Assembly: GCA_963801165.1 (NCBI GenBank)
Contig: CAWDDT010000004.1
Span: 544,001-608,000 of the forward strand
Length of the DNA: 64,000 bases
From: an uncultured bacterium
GTDB lineage: Bacteria > Actinomycetota > Acidimicrobiia > Spongiisociales > UBA5794
Direction: 5' to 3'
Position 1 is the stretch's first letter. Each line of letters opens with the position of its first letter. Both the position numbers and the translations under genes were made by a program. Shown here one piece after another: positions 47,956-55,922 of this stretch. The notes below the pieces were generated by a model that was given only the letters and a program-made list of their open reading frames with translations, was not told the DNA's origin and ran no database searches.

Positions 47956-49262
47956 GACAACGGCTCGCCGTTCTGTCGCTTGCGATCAGCACCCTGGTCG
48001 TGATCGCTTTCATGATCCCGCTCGCCCTAACTCTCCGTAATCAGGCCCAGAACCGCGCCCTATCTCGCGCCGAAACCCTCGGCCAGGCGATTGCTACCGC
48101 CCTCATCGTCAACGCCGGCGAAGGGCAGGTGTCGATCGAAGCGGCCCAAACCGCCCTCGACGTGTTCGGATCCGGTGCCGATTCGGTCACGATCGTGTTC
48201 GCCGATGGCGATGCCGTGGGAGCCTCGATCCTCAACACGGACAACATCGACGTGGCGTTTTCCGAGGCAAGGGCGTTCACAGCGTTCACACCGGGCGGTG
48301 CCGAGGTGCTGGTACCGATCTTGTCGGCAGATGTACCCAACGATGCAGTCGACGTGGTGGTCCGGTCGTTCGTGCCCGAGGCGGATCTGAGCAAGGGAGT
48401 GTGGGTGGCGTGGCGGATGCTGGCTGGTTTGGGTGTGTTTCTCGTGATCGTCGCCGTTGTAGCTGCGGACCGCCTGGGGCGTTCGATCGTCCGCCCGTTT
48501 GTGGAGCTGTCCGAGGCGGCGCTGGCTCTCGGCGGTGGAGATCTAGACCGTCGGGTCACTCCGGCCGGTCCTGAGGAGATCGCCGACGTAGGTGTGGCTT
48601 TCAATTTCCTGGCGGAGCGGCTGCGGTTGCTTCTCGCCGAGGAGCGTGAGTCAGTCGCGGATCTGTCGCACCGGCTGCGCACTCCGCTGACGGCACTCCG
48701 GCTGCAGGCAGAGACGCTCACTGACCGGGACGCCGCCGGCCCATTGCTCGAGGACATCAGCCGGATGGAGACCGCCGTCGACCGGATGATCGAGGAAGCC
48801 AGGAGACCGACGGAGGACAGGGGCCCGGAGCAGGCCGACCTCGGTGCGGTTGTGCGACACCGGGCGACTTTCTGGAAGGTGCTCGCCGATGAGCAGGAGC
48901 GCCCGGTAGACGTACACACGTCGGGGGGGCGGCTCTCGGTTGCCATGAGCGCTCAGGACCTCGGTGCGCTCGTCGATACCCTGCTCGAAAACGTCTTCTC
49001 GCATACCAGTCCCGGCGTCGGGTACCGGATCGAGGCTCGTCCCGGATACGTCGATAGCCAGGTGGTGCTCGTCGTCGAGGACAGCGGCGCCGGATTCGAA
49101 CACGATGGTGCGCTCGAGCGTGGTGAAAGTGGCGGTGGGTCGACCGGGCTCGGTCTGGACATCGTCATGAAGGCAGCGCAACGGACCGGCGGTGGTCTCA
49201 CCATCGGGGAGTCGGCACTTGGCGGCGCCCGGGTCGAGGTTGTATTCGGGCCCGGAAAATGA
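47952..49262 (+). CDS. Sensor histidine kinase (2 TM, HAMP, HisKA, HATPase)
   Basis: DLSHRLRTPLTAL, LLENVFSH, VEDSGAG, GLGLDIV. Confidence 0.93.
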   Translation: MRQRLAVLSLAISTLVVIAFMIPLALTLRNQAQNRALSRAETLGQAIATALIVNAGEGQVSIEAAQTALDVFGSGADSVTIVFADGDAVGASILNTDNIDVAFSEARAFTAFTPGGAEVLVPILSADVPNDAVDVVVRSFVPEADLSKGVWVAWRMLAGLGVFLVIVAVVAADRLGRSIVRPFVELSEAALALGGGDLDRRVTPAGPEEIADVGVAFNFLAERLRLLLAEERESVADLSHRLRTPLTALRLQAETLTDRDAAGPLLEDISRMETAVDRMIEEARRPTEDRGPEQADLGAVVRHRATFWKVLADEQERPVDVHTSGGRLSVAMSAQDLGALVDTLLENVFSHTSPGVGYRIEARPGYVDSQVVLVVEDSGAGFEHDGALERGESGGGSTGLGLDIVMKAAQRTGGGLTIGESALGGARVEVVFGPGK

Positions 49263-49274
49263 CGCCCCGTCGCG

Positions 49275-49373
49275 CAAAGGACCCGCCGGGCTGAGGCGGG
49301 TCCTTTACATTCGCAAGAATGATGGGCAGATGGGGGGCTTCCACCCTTGCGAACTGTTGCTTTGCTGCGTGGC
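49275..49373 (-). ncRNA. Candidate ~100-nt small RNA with a C-rich loop
   Basis: Minus strand: -10 TACTCT (49385-80), a stem UUCGCAAGGGUG/CAUUCUUGCGAA whose G-U pairs form only on this strand, loop AAGCCCCCCAUCUGCCCA, then the terminator. Confidence 0.5.
49276..49306. terminator. Bidirectional terminator hairpin
   Basis: AAAGGACCCGCC / GGCGGGTCCTTT perfect 12-bp inverted repeat. Confidence 0.75.
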
Positions 49374-49449
49374 GTAGCAAGAGTAAGCATCGCAGCGGTT
49401 TGGTTAGGGTGGCGTCGGCGTGGTGCTAATAAACCCTAAAGGAGCCTGA

Positions 49450-49496
49450 GCCTTGCTCAGGTTTGAGTTCGGGCCCGGGCTTTGCTCAGCTTTGAG
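49450..49496. repeat. 18-bp direct repeat at 29-bp period with internal palindromes
   Basis: GCCTTGCTCAGGTTTGAG (49450-67) and GCTTTGCTCAGCTTTGAG (49479-96), 16/18 identical. CCTGAGC-CTT-GCTCAGG palindrome at 49445-61. Confidence 0.7.
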
Positions 49497-49553
49497 CTCC
49501 GCACAGCGGAACCCGGCTTGGGGGCGGCTCTGCTCCGGGTTTGGCCGGTTGTC

Positions 49554-50240
49554 TCAGCCACCGATGTCGACGGCCCAGTCGGAGGCATGGGTGGCCGGAT
49601 AGATGCCTGTGGAGATGGACGGTGTCTCGTCGATAATCTCCACGGACGATCCGTCCCACAGACCGGCTTCGGTTGCCTCTTCCGAGTGAGCGTGCAGGCC
49701 ACGGCCCCATGCGACATAGGCGATCAGGCTGTTCGGGTCGTTGAAGGCGTCGGAGTTGTGAAGGCCCACCTCCCCGCCGGTCTGCTCGATCGGACCCAAC
49801 GAAGGCCCGATGTGGATAACGGCGGCCATGCCCGCCAGATCGAGCGGCGGTTGGGCTCCCAGCCCGAGCACGGCCTGCTCTCCGGGAGCGAGCTCTACGG
49901 CCGGAAGTGCCCGCACGGCCTGACCCTGGGTGAGCCAGAGCCCGTCTGTCGTTCCCGGAGCATCTCCCCTGTTTGTGATGACGACGAAGGCGAGATCTCC
50001 AAAGACGACCTGTGACAGCGCAAACCCCGCGGCGGCGTTTGGCGGCAGGGTGGTTGTCGTGGTTGTCGTAGTGGTCGTCGTGTCCGTTGTTGCGGTTGCC
50101 GATGTCGTCGTGGTCGATGTCTCCGCCGCCGTCGCCGGGGGGAGCGTGGTGAGCGCGGCGGGCTGGGTTGTCTCCGCCGGCCCGGTATTCCCGGTGCACG
50201 ACGTCAGGATGAGGAGGGCGATCAGGGCTATCCGTCGCAT
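49554..50240 (-). CDS. Lipoprotein with Thr-rich linker and possible lamin-tail-like beta domain
   Basis: MRRIALIALLILTSC lipobox, poly-Thr, FVVITNRG...GLWL...GGEVGL...YVAWG. The real start is 50240, not 51818. Confidence 0.75.
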   Translation of the reverse strand: MRRIALIALLILTSCTGNTGPAETTQPAALTTLPPATAAETSTTTTSATATTDTTTTTTTTTTTLPPNAAAGFALSQVVFGDLAFVVITNRGDAPGTTDGLWLTQGQAVRALPAVELAPGEQAVLGLGAQPPLDLAGMAAVIHIGPSLGPIEQTGGEVGLHNSDAFNDPNSLIAYVAWGRGLHAHSEEATEAGLWDGSSVEIIDETPSISTGIYPATHASDWAVDIGG

Positions 50241-50345
50241 GCGCGGCAGCGTACACCGGATCAGGGCGTGTGCCGGTGTGGAAGAATCAGATGTGATTGC
50301 CCTCGTGAAGGAAGCCAGACGCCTGCCGGGCGTACAGGAGTATCG

Positions 50346-53078
50346 ATGACCGCCGAGACACTGCCGCCTCCGCATTATCCCCAGGGTTGGGATCAGAACG
50401 TTGCATTGCGCGACGGTACGACCGTCCGTATTCGCCCCATCCGGCCCGACGACGCCGATGGTCTCCAGCACATGGTCTCGCGCATGTCGCGGCAATCCGT
50501 GTACCACCGCTTCTTCCAGGTCAAGAAGCGGTTTGAACCGGAGGAGCTGGAGGCATTCACCAATCTCGACTACATGGACCGGATGGCCTTCGTTGCTACC
50601 CGCACCGATGACATTGTCGGCGTCGGCCGCTACTGGCGGGACGAGGACAATCCCGAGATCGCCGACGTTGCATTCGCCGTCGTCGACGCTGAGCAGGGGA
50701 AGGGTATCGCCACCCGCCTCGTGCGCTATCTCACTACGTATGCCGATCAGCAGGGCATCAGTGCCTTCCGCGCCTCGGTTCTTGCGGACAATCACGTGAT
50801 GATCCGTGTCTTCCGCAACGCCGGGTATCCGATGCGACGTGAAGAGGGTGAGGGGCTGTACAAAGTCGAGTTTCCCACGACAGAGATCCCCGTCTTCGGA
50901 AAGTCGGACGAGATCGACGAGCAGAGGGCGATCGCGGCTTCGCTCATGCCCGTCTTCTACCCCAGCGCGGTGGCCGTGATCGGCGCAAGTCGTGACCCTC
51001 TCTCCATCGGTGGCCGTCTGTTCACCAACCTGATCAACGGCGATTACACCGGGCCCGTGTTCCCGGTCAATCCGAAAGCGAACGTGGTCCGTTCCGTGAA
51101 GGCGTACCAGACGATCCTCGATGTACCCGACCGGGTAGACCTGGCGTTCATCGTCGTTCCTTCCCGGTTCGTCAACGACGTCGTGCGGCAATGCGTTGAG
51201 AAGGGTGTGCGAGGGCTGGTGGTGATCAGTGCCGGCTTCTCGGAGACTGGCAAGGCCGGTGCCGAGCTCGAGGATGAGCTGATGGAGATCGTCCGCGACG
51301 CCGGGATGCGGATGGTGGGCCCAAACTGCATGGGGTTGATCAACATGGACAGCGCCGTGTCGATGAACGGCCAATTCGGCCCGCTGTCGCCGCCACCAGG
51401 GAATGTGGCGATGTCCAGCCAGAGCGGTGCGCTCGGCATCGCCATTCTCGACAACGCCACCCAGATGGGGATAGGCATATCGACGTTCATCAGCATCGGG
51501 AATCAGGCGGATGTCTCGGGTGACGATCTCTTGCTGTACTGGGAATCGGATCCGGGCACCGACGTCATCCTCCTGTACATGGAGTCGTTTGGTAACGCGC
51601 GACGCTTTGCCAGGGCGGCGAGACGTATCTCGAAGAAGAAGCCGATCGTGGCCGTGAAGTCCGGAAGAACCGCAGCCGGCGCTCGCGCCGCCTCCAGCCA
51701 TACCGGTTCGCTCGCAAGCCTGGATACCGCCGTCGACACGCTCTTTCGCCAGGCGGGTGTGATCCGGACCGACACACTCACCCAGCTGTTCGACGTCACG
51801 GCGCTGTTGGCCAACCAACCGCTGCCAAAAGGCGGGCGCGTTGGCATCCTCACCAATGCAGGCGGTCCCGCCATCCTCGCGGTCGATGCCCTGGAGGCGA
51901 ACGGGCTACGGGTGGTCGAGTTCAGCAACGATCTCAAGACCGAGTTGCAGGCATTCCTCTCTCCGGACGCGTCGGTCATCAACCCCGTTGACATGATCGC
52001 CTCGGCGGGCCCTGTCGAGTATGCAGCCTGTATCGACAAGCTGCTGTCCTCCGACGAGATCGATGCGCTCATGACCATCTTTATCCCGGCGGCGCCTGAG
52101 GGTGCGGAGGAGATGGCACAGGCGATCCGCGATGCGGCCGCAAAGCACCACGGGGAGAAGACGTTCCTAATCGTTTACATGAGCTCGGGGGGTGCCTCTG
52201 CCCTCTTCGGCACGGGCCAGCATCGGATCCCGACCTTCCCGTTCCCCGAGCAAGCGGCGTTTGCGCTCGCCAAAGCCGTGGAGCACGAGCAATGGCGGCA
52301 GAAGGACGAAGGGGTCATCGTCGATCTCGATGGGATCGACGCCGCATCGGCGCGTACCATCGTCGATGCCGCACTTGACAAGCACGGAGCGGGCTGGCTC
52401 GACCCTGAAGATGTCGAGGGCGTCCTCGCTGCCTACGGTCTGCCTATGCCCGGCTCCGCCATAGCCGATTCGGCTGAGGCCGCGGTGGCCGCAGCCACCG
52501 CGATCGGAGGGCCCGTCGTCATCAAGGTCGTCTCGGATTCGGCTTTGCACAAGTCCGATGTCGGTGGCGTCGTGCTCAACGTCGAAGGGGAGCGCGCCAT
52601 TCGGGACGCCTACGACGCGGTCACCGCCGCCGTCGATGACGCCCAGGGCGTGCTGGTCCAGCAATACGTCGAGGGCGGTCACGAGGTTCTCATCGGGATG
52701 ACAGAGGATCCCAGCTTTGGCCCGCTCATCGTGTTCGGCATTGGCGGCGTGTTCGTCGAGCTCATCGGCGACGTCGCCTTCCGGATCCATCCCCTCACCG
52801 ACCTCGATGCGGCAGAGATGATCAAAGAGGTCAAGGCGGCGAAGCTGCTCCTCGGCTACCGGGGCGGCCCGGCCGGAGACGTGCCGGCTGTGCAGGACGC
52901 ATTGTTGCGGGTGTCGGAGCTGGTCGCCGACCTACCCGAGATCGTGGAGATGGACATGAACCCGGTGAAAGTGGCCGAGCCGGGCAATGGTCTCAGCGTC
53001 GTCGACGCCCGGATCAGGGTACGCCCTGTGAAGGGCCCCTACCTGCCTTCGCGGCGTGACGTGCTGGCTGAGTTGTAG
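50346..53078 (+). CDS. GNAT acetyltransferase fused to an ADP-forming acyl-CoA synthetase-like module (PatA/Pka-type architecture)
   Basis: LRDGTTVRIRPIRPDD, EQGKGIAT (GNAT), AVIGAS, GPNCMG, SQSGA, SHTGSLA, HKSDVGGV, DPSFGP, EMDMNP. AGGAG RBS. Confidence 0.9.
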   Translation: MTAETLPPPHYPQGWDQNVALRDGTTVRIRPIRPDDADGLQHMVSRMSRQSVYHRFFQVKKRFEPEELEAFTNLDYMDRMAFVATRTDDIVGVGRYWRDEDNPEIADVAFAVVDAEQGKGIATRLVRYLTTYADQQGISAFRASVLADNHVMIRVFRNAGYPMRREEGEGLYKVEFPTTEIPVFGKSDEIDEQRAIAASLMPVFYPSAVAVIGASRDPLSIGGRLFTNLINGDYTGPVFPVNPKANVVRSVKAYQTILDVPDRVDLAFIVVPSRFVNDVVRQCVEKGVRGLVVISAGFSETGKAGAELEDELMEIVRDAGMRMVGPNCMGLINMDSAVSMNGQFGPLSPPPGNVAMSSQSGALGIAILDNATQMGIGISTFISIGNQADVSGDDLLLYWESDPGTDVILLYMESFGNARRFARAARRISKKKPIVAVKSGRTAAGARAASSHTGSLASLDTAVDTLFRQAGVIRTDTLTQLFDVTALLANQPLPKGGRVGILTNAGGPAILAVDALEANGLRVVEFSNDLKTELQAFLSPDASVINPVDMIASAGPVEYAACIDKLLSSDEIDALMTIFIPAAPEGAEEMAQAIRDAAAKHHGEKTFLIVYMSSGGASALFGTGQHRIPTFPFPEQAAFALAKAVEHEQWRQKDEGVIVDLDGIDAASARTIVDAALDKHGAGWLDPEDVEGVLAAYGLPMPGSAIADSAEAAVAAATAIGGPVVIKVVSDSALHKSDVGGVVLNVEGERAIRDAYDAVTAAVDDAQGVLVQQYVEGGHEVLIGMTEDPSFGPLIVFGIGGVFVELIGDVAFRIHPLTDLDAAEMIKEVKAAKLLLGYRGGPAGDVPAVQDALLRVSELVADLPEIVEMDMNPVKVAEPGNGLSVVDARIRVRPVKGPYLPSRRDVLAEL

Positions 53079-53144
53079 ATCAGGTGCCGAGCTTCGCTCC
53101 GGCTGCCAGAATGGGCACACGCCAGCTTTGAAGGGACCCACCCC

Positions 53145-53753
53145 ATGCGTGTAGTTGACCTGATGACGTCAGACGTCATCACCGCCTCGCCGGATACGCC
53201 GATAAAGGCGGCCGCCCGGCTGATGGTTCGCAACAAGGTGAGCGGCCTGCCCGTGGTTGACGAGAACACCAAGGTTGTCGGCATCATCACCGAGGCCGAT
53301 TTCCTGCGGCTCGAAGTCGCTCGCGAGGAGGCCGAGGATCCGAAACCAGTGGAGCGGGTGGAGCAGGTGATGAATAGGTCGGTGCTCACCATCACCCCGG
53401 ATGCAACCGTGACGGAAGCCGCCCGAATAATGGTGGTTAACGACATCAACAGGTTGCCGGTAACCGACACCAACGGCAGGAGCCTCGGGATCATCTCTCG
53501 TCTCGACGTGGTGGCAGCGTTCACCAGGCCCGATGAGATCATCGAGGATGAGATCCGCGAGGATCTGTTGCGGCGGGTGCTGTTTGTCGACCCCGACGAC
53601 ATAAGTGTCGACGTCACGAACGGTGTCGTCACCTTCAGCGGGGAGATCGGGACCCGCAACGAGGCACGGCTGCTTGCCGAGCTGGCGCGGCGGCTCGATG
53701 GTGTTGTCAAGGTTGCCACCGATCTGACCTGGCGTCTGGATGACGGCGAGTAG
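53145..53753 (+). CDS. Tandem CBS + BON domain protein
   Basis: VVDLMTSDVIT, SGLPVVD, GIITEADFL, C-terminal VDVTNGVVTFSGE...DGVVKV BON motif. Confidence 0.9.
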   Translation: MRVVDLMTSDVITASPDTPIKAAARLMVRNKVSGLPVVDENTKVVGIITEADFLRLEVAREEAEDPKPVERVEQVMNRSVLTITPDATVTEAARIMVVNDINRLPVTDTNGRSLGIISRLDVVAAFTRPDEIIEDEIREDLLRRVLFVDPDDISVDVTNGVVTFSGEIGTRNEARLLAELARRLDGVVKVATDLTWRLDDGE

Positions 53754-54591
53754 TCCCGGCGAGACCGCATACCTCAGCGCACGGGACGGTATGCGGATCG
53801 CGTATTCGGTGTCGGGCACCGGCCCACTAACCGTTTTCGTTCATGCCACCGGGTTCTGCAAGGAGGTTTGTGAGCCCGTCATCGCCGAAACGCGAAACCT
53901 GGGCGTCGAGCTGAGCGCCCTGGCGTTTGACCAGCGTGCCCACGGTGACTCGGGTGTTCCGGTGCCGCCGTTCGATTGGTGGGATCTCGGCGGCGATATC
54001 GTCGAGCTGGTAGGCGAGTCGGCTCCCGCGATCGGCGTCGGTCATTCCTCCGGGGGTGCGGCCGTGGTGATGGCCGAGTTGCTCCGGCCGGGAACGTTTG
54101 CGGCCCTCGTGTTGGTGGAGCCGATCATCCTTCCCCCTCCGTATGAGCGGCGTCCGGACAACACGATGGCTCATCAGGCGCTGCGCCGGAAGAGGGGATT
54201 CACGAGCCGCCGGGCGGCTCTGGAGAACTTCAAGACGAAGCGGACATTTGCTCACTGGGAAGAACGTGCCCTGCACGCCTACGTCGACGGAGGGTTTCGT
54301 CAGGAAGGCAACCGGGTGGTGCTCAAATGCACTCCTGAGTCTGAGGCTGAGTTCTTCTGGGCGGCGACCACGCACGGCGCCTGGGAACGGCTCGGTGAGG
54401 TGACCGTGCCAACCTTCCTGCTCGCCGGTGAGCACTCTACGACCCATCAGGAGCCGTTTCTCTCCGAGCTCACCGGCCGCTTTGGAGACGGGCGCTCCGA
54501 GATCGTTCCCGGCACCTCGCACTTTGTCTGGATGCAGCGTCCTGCCGTCGTGGCGGAGCATGTCGCGGCCGCAGTCCGCCGGCTGGGCTAG
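53740..54591 (+). CDS. Alpha/beta hydrolase
   Basis: HATGF, DQRAHGDS, GHSSGG nucleophile elbow, SHFVWMQ. Confidence 0.88.
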   Translation: MTASSPGETAYLSARDGMRIAYSVSGTGPLTVFVHATGFCKEVCEPVIAETRNLGVELSALAFDQRAHGDSGVPVPPFDWWDLGGDIVELVGESAPAIGVGHSSGGAAVVMAELLRPGTFAALVLVEPIILPPPYERRPDNTMAHQALRRKRGFTSRRAALENFKTKRTFAHWEERALHAYVDGGFRQEGNRVVLKCTPESEAEFFWAATTHGAWERLGEVTVPTFLLAGEHSTTHQEPFLSELTGRFGDGRSEIVPGTSHFVWMQRPAVVAEHVAAAVRRLG

Positions 54592-54602
54592 CATCGACCT
54601 TC

Positions 54603-55922
54603 GTGCTTTTCACAGAATCTGAGCTCGCCAGGGTTGCCGAGCAGCTATCGGGGGACAAGACGAGGCTGCGCAGCGCATCGATCGCCGTGACCTGCGACCC
54701 GTTTGCGGTCGTCCGCTCCGGGGGAAGGCTGGTGGCGCACAGCACCTACTTCCGCACGCCGGCGGGAAACGAGGTCGCCAGTCTGGGAGTTGCCATGCGA
54801 CTCACTGCGACGGGGGCGGACCGCTTTGCCGGCCTGGAAGCGCAGCTCGCCGATCTGCCGCGGCTGGCAGAGGGGGCCAAGCTGGTCACCGGTTTCTCTT
54901 TCAGCCCCGACGGCCCGTTCTCGCCAGAATGGGCCGGGTTTGGGGCGTGCGATGTCGTGCTGCCCGCGGTGACGGTCACCCGGGACGAGAAGGGCACCCG
55001 GTTGGTGATTGCACTTGCGCCCGGCACTGAGCCCGGGCCGATCCTCGATACCCTTGCCACCCTCAGCCCGTGGGATCCTCCGCCGCCACCCGACCCCGGG
55101 GTGCATACGGTTGAGTCGGTACCCCCGACGAGCGAGTGGCAGTCCGAGGTCGCCGAGGCGGTAGGGGCGATCCGGGAGGGCTCGTTCGAGAAGGTGGTGC
55201 TGGCCAGGTCCGTTCTGGTTCACTCGGAGCGGGCCGCCGACCCGTTCGACCTTGTCTATCACCTCGGTCTGGCCAATCCGGCCGGCTACATCTATGCGAC
55301 CGTCGTTGGAAGCTCCGCTTTCGTCGGTGCCAGCCCCGAGCTGCTGCTGGCTCAGGACGGCAGGAGCATTCGGCTGAATCCCCTGGCCGGCTCGGCTCGG
55401 AGAGGCAAGGGTGACGATGACGTCGCCGTCGGCGAACAGCTCTTGGGAAGTCACAAGGACCGCGCTGAGCACGCCATTGTCGTCGACGATCTGATCGCCC
55501 GGCTCCGACCGCTGACCACCAACCTCGAGTACCCCGAAGGGCCGGCGTTGCGTCGCATGGCAACCGTCCAGCACCTGTCTACAGAGATTGCCGGACAGCT
55601 CGCCGACGACGTCACCACTTTCGACGTCCTCGCCTCGATTCATCCCACGCCGGCGGTCGGGGGCATGCCCCGGGTCGAGGCGCTCGCTTTCATAGACAAG
55701 GCCGAAGGCATGGACCGCGGGTGGTACTCGGGCGGGATCGGTTGGCTCGATCCCCGGGGAGCCGCGGTGGTGACGCTGGCGCTGCGCTGTGCGCTTGTCA
55801 AGGACCGGACGTCGCGTCTCTATGCGGGCAACGGCATTGTTGCGGAGTCAGACCCGGCAGCCGAGCTCGACGAGACGCGGCTCAAATTCCAGCCACTGCT
55901 GACCTTGCTGGCCGCTACCTGA
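54603..55922 (+). CDS. menF: Isochorismate synthase
   Basis: EKVVLAR, GASPELL, LAGS, KDRAEH, HPTPAVGG, RGWYSG, YAGNGIV, ETRLKF. Confidence 0.9.
   Translation: MLFTESELARVAEQLSGDKTRLRSASIAVTCDPFAVVRSGGRLVAHSTYFRTPAGNEVASLGVAMRLTATGADRFAGLEAQLADLPRLAEGAKLVTGFSFSPDGPFSPEWAGFGACDVVLPAVTVTRDEKGTRLVIALAPGTEPGPILDTLATLSPWDPPPPPDPGVHTVESVPPTSEWQSEVAEAVGAIREGSFEKVVLARSVLVHSERAADPFDLVYHLGLANPAGYIYATVVGSSAFVGASPELLLAQDGRSIRLNPLAGSARRGKGDDDVAVGEQLLGSHKDRAEHAIVVDDLIARLRPLTTNLEYPEGPALRRMATVQHLSTEIAGQLADDVTTFDVLASIHPTPAVGGMPRVEALAFIDKAEGMDRGWYSGGIGWLDPRGAAVVTLALRCALVKDRTSRLYAGNGIVAESDPAAELDETRLKFQPLLTLLAAT

Noticed and set aside
49445-49500. CRISPR mini-array
   Set aside because: Only two 18-bp repeats with an 11-bp gap, and no cas genes in the window.
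50292-50307. CRP/Rex-like site TGTGA-N6-TCGTG before the GNAT-ligase gene
   Set aside because: Only one good half-site, which is not distinguishable from chance.
50241-51818. N-terminal ~526 aa of the 754-aa minus-strand ORF 49554..51818
   Set aside because: Antisense shadow of the GNAT-ligase gene. Only the lipoprotein starting at 50240 looks real.
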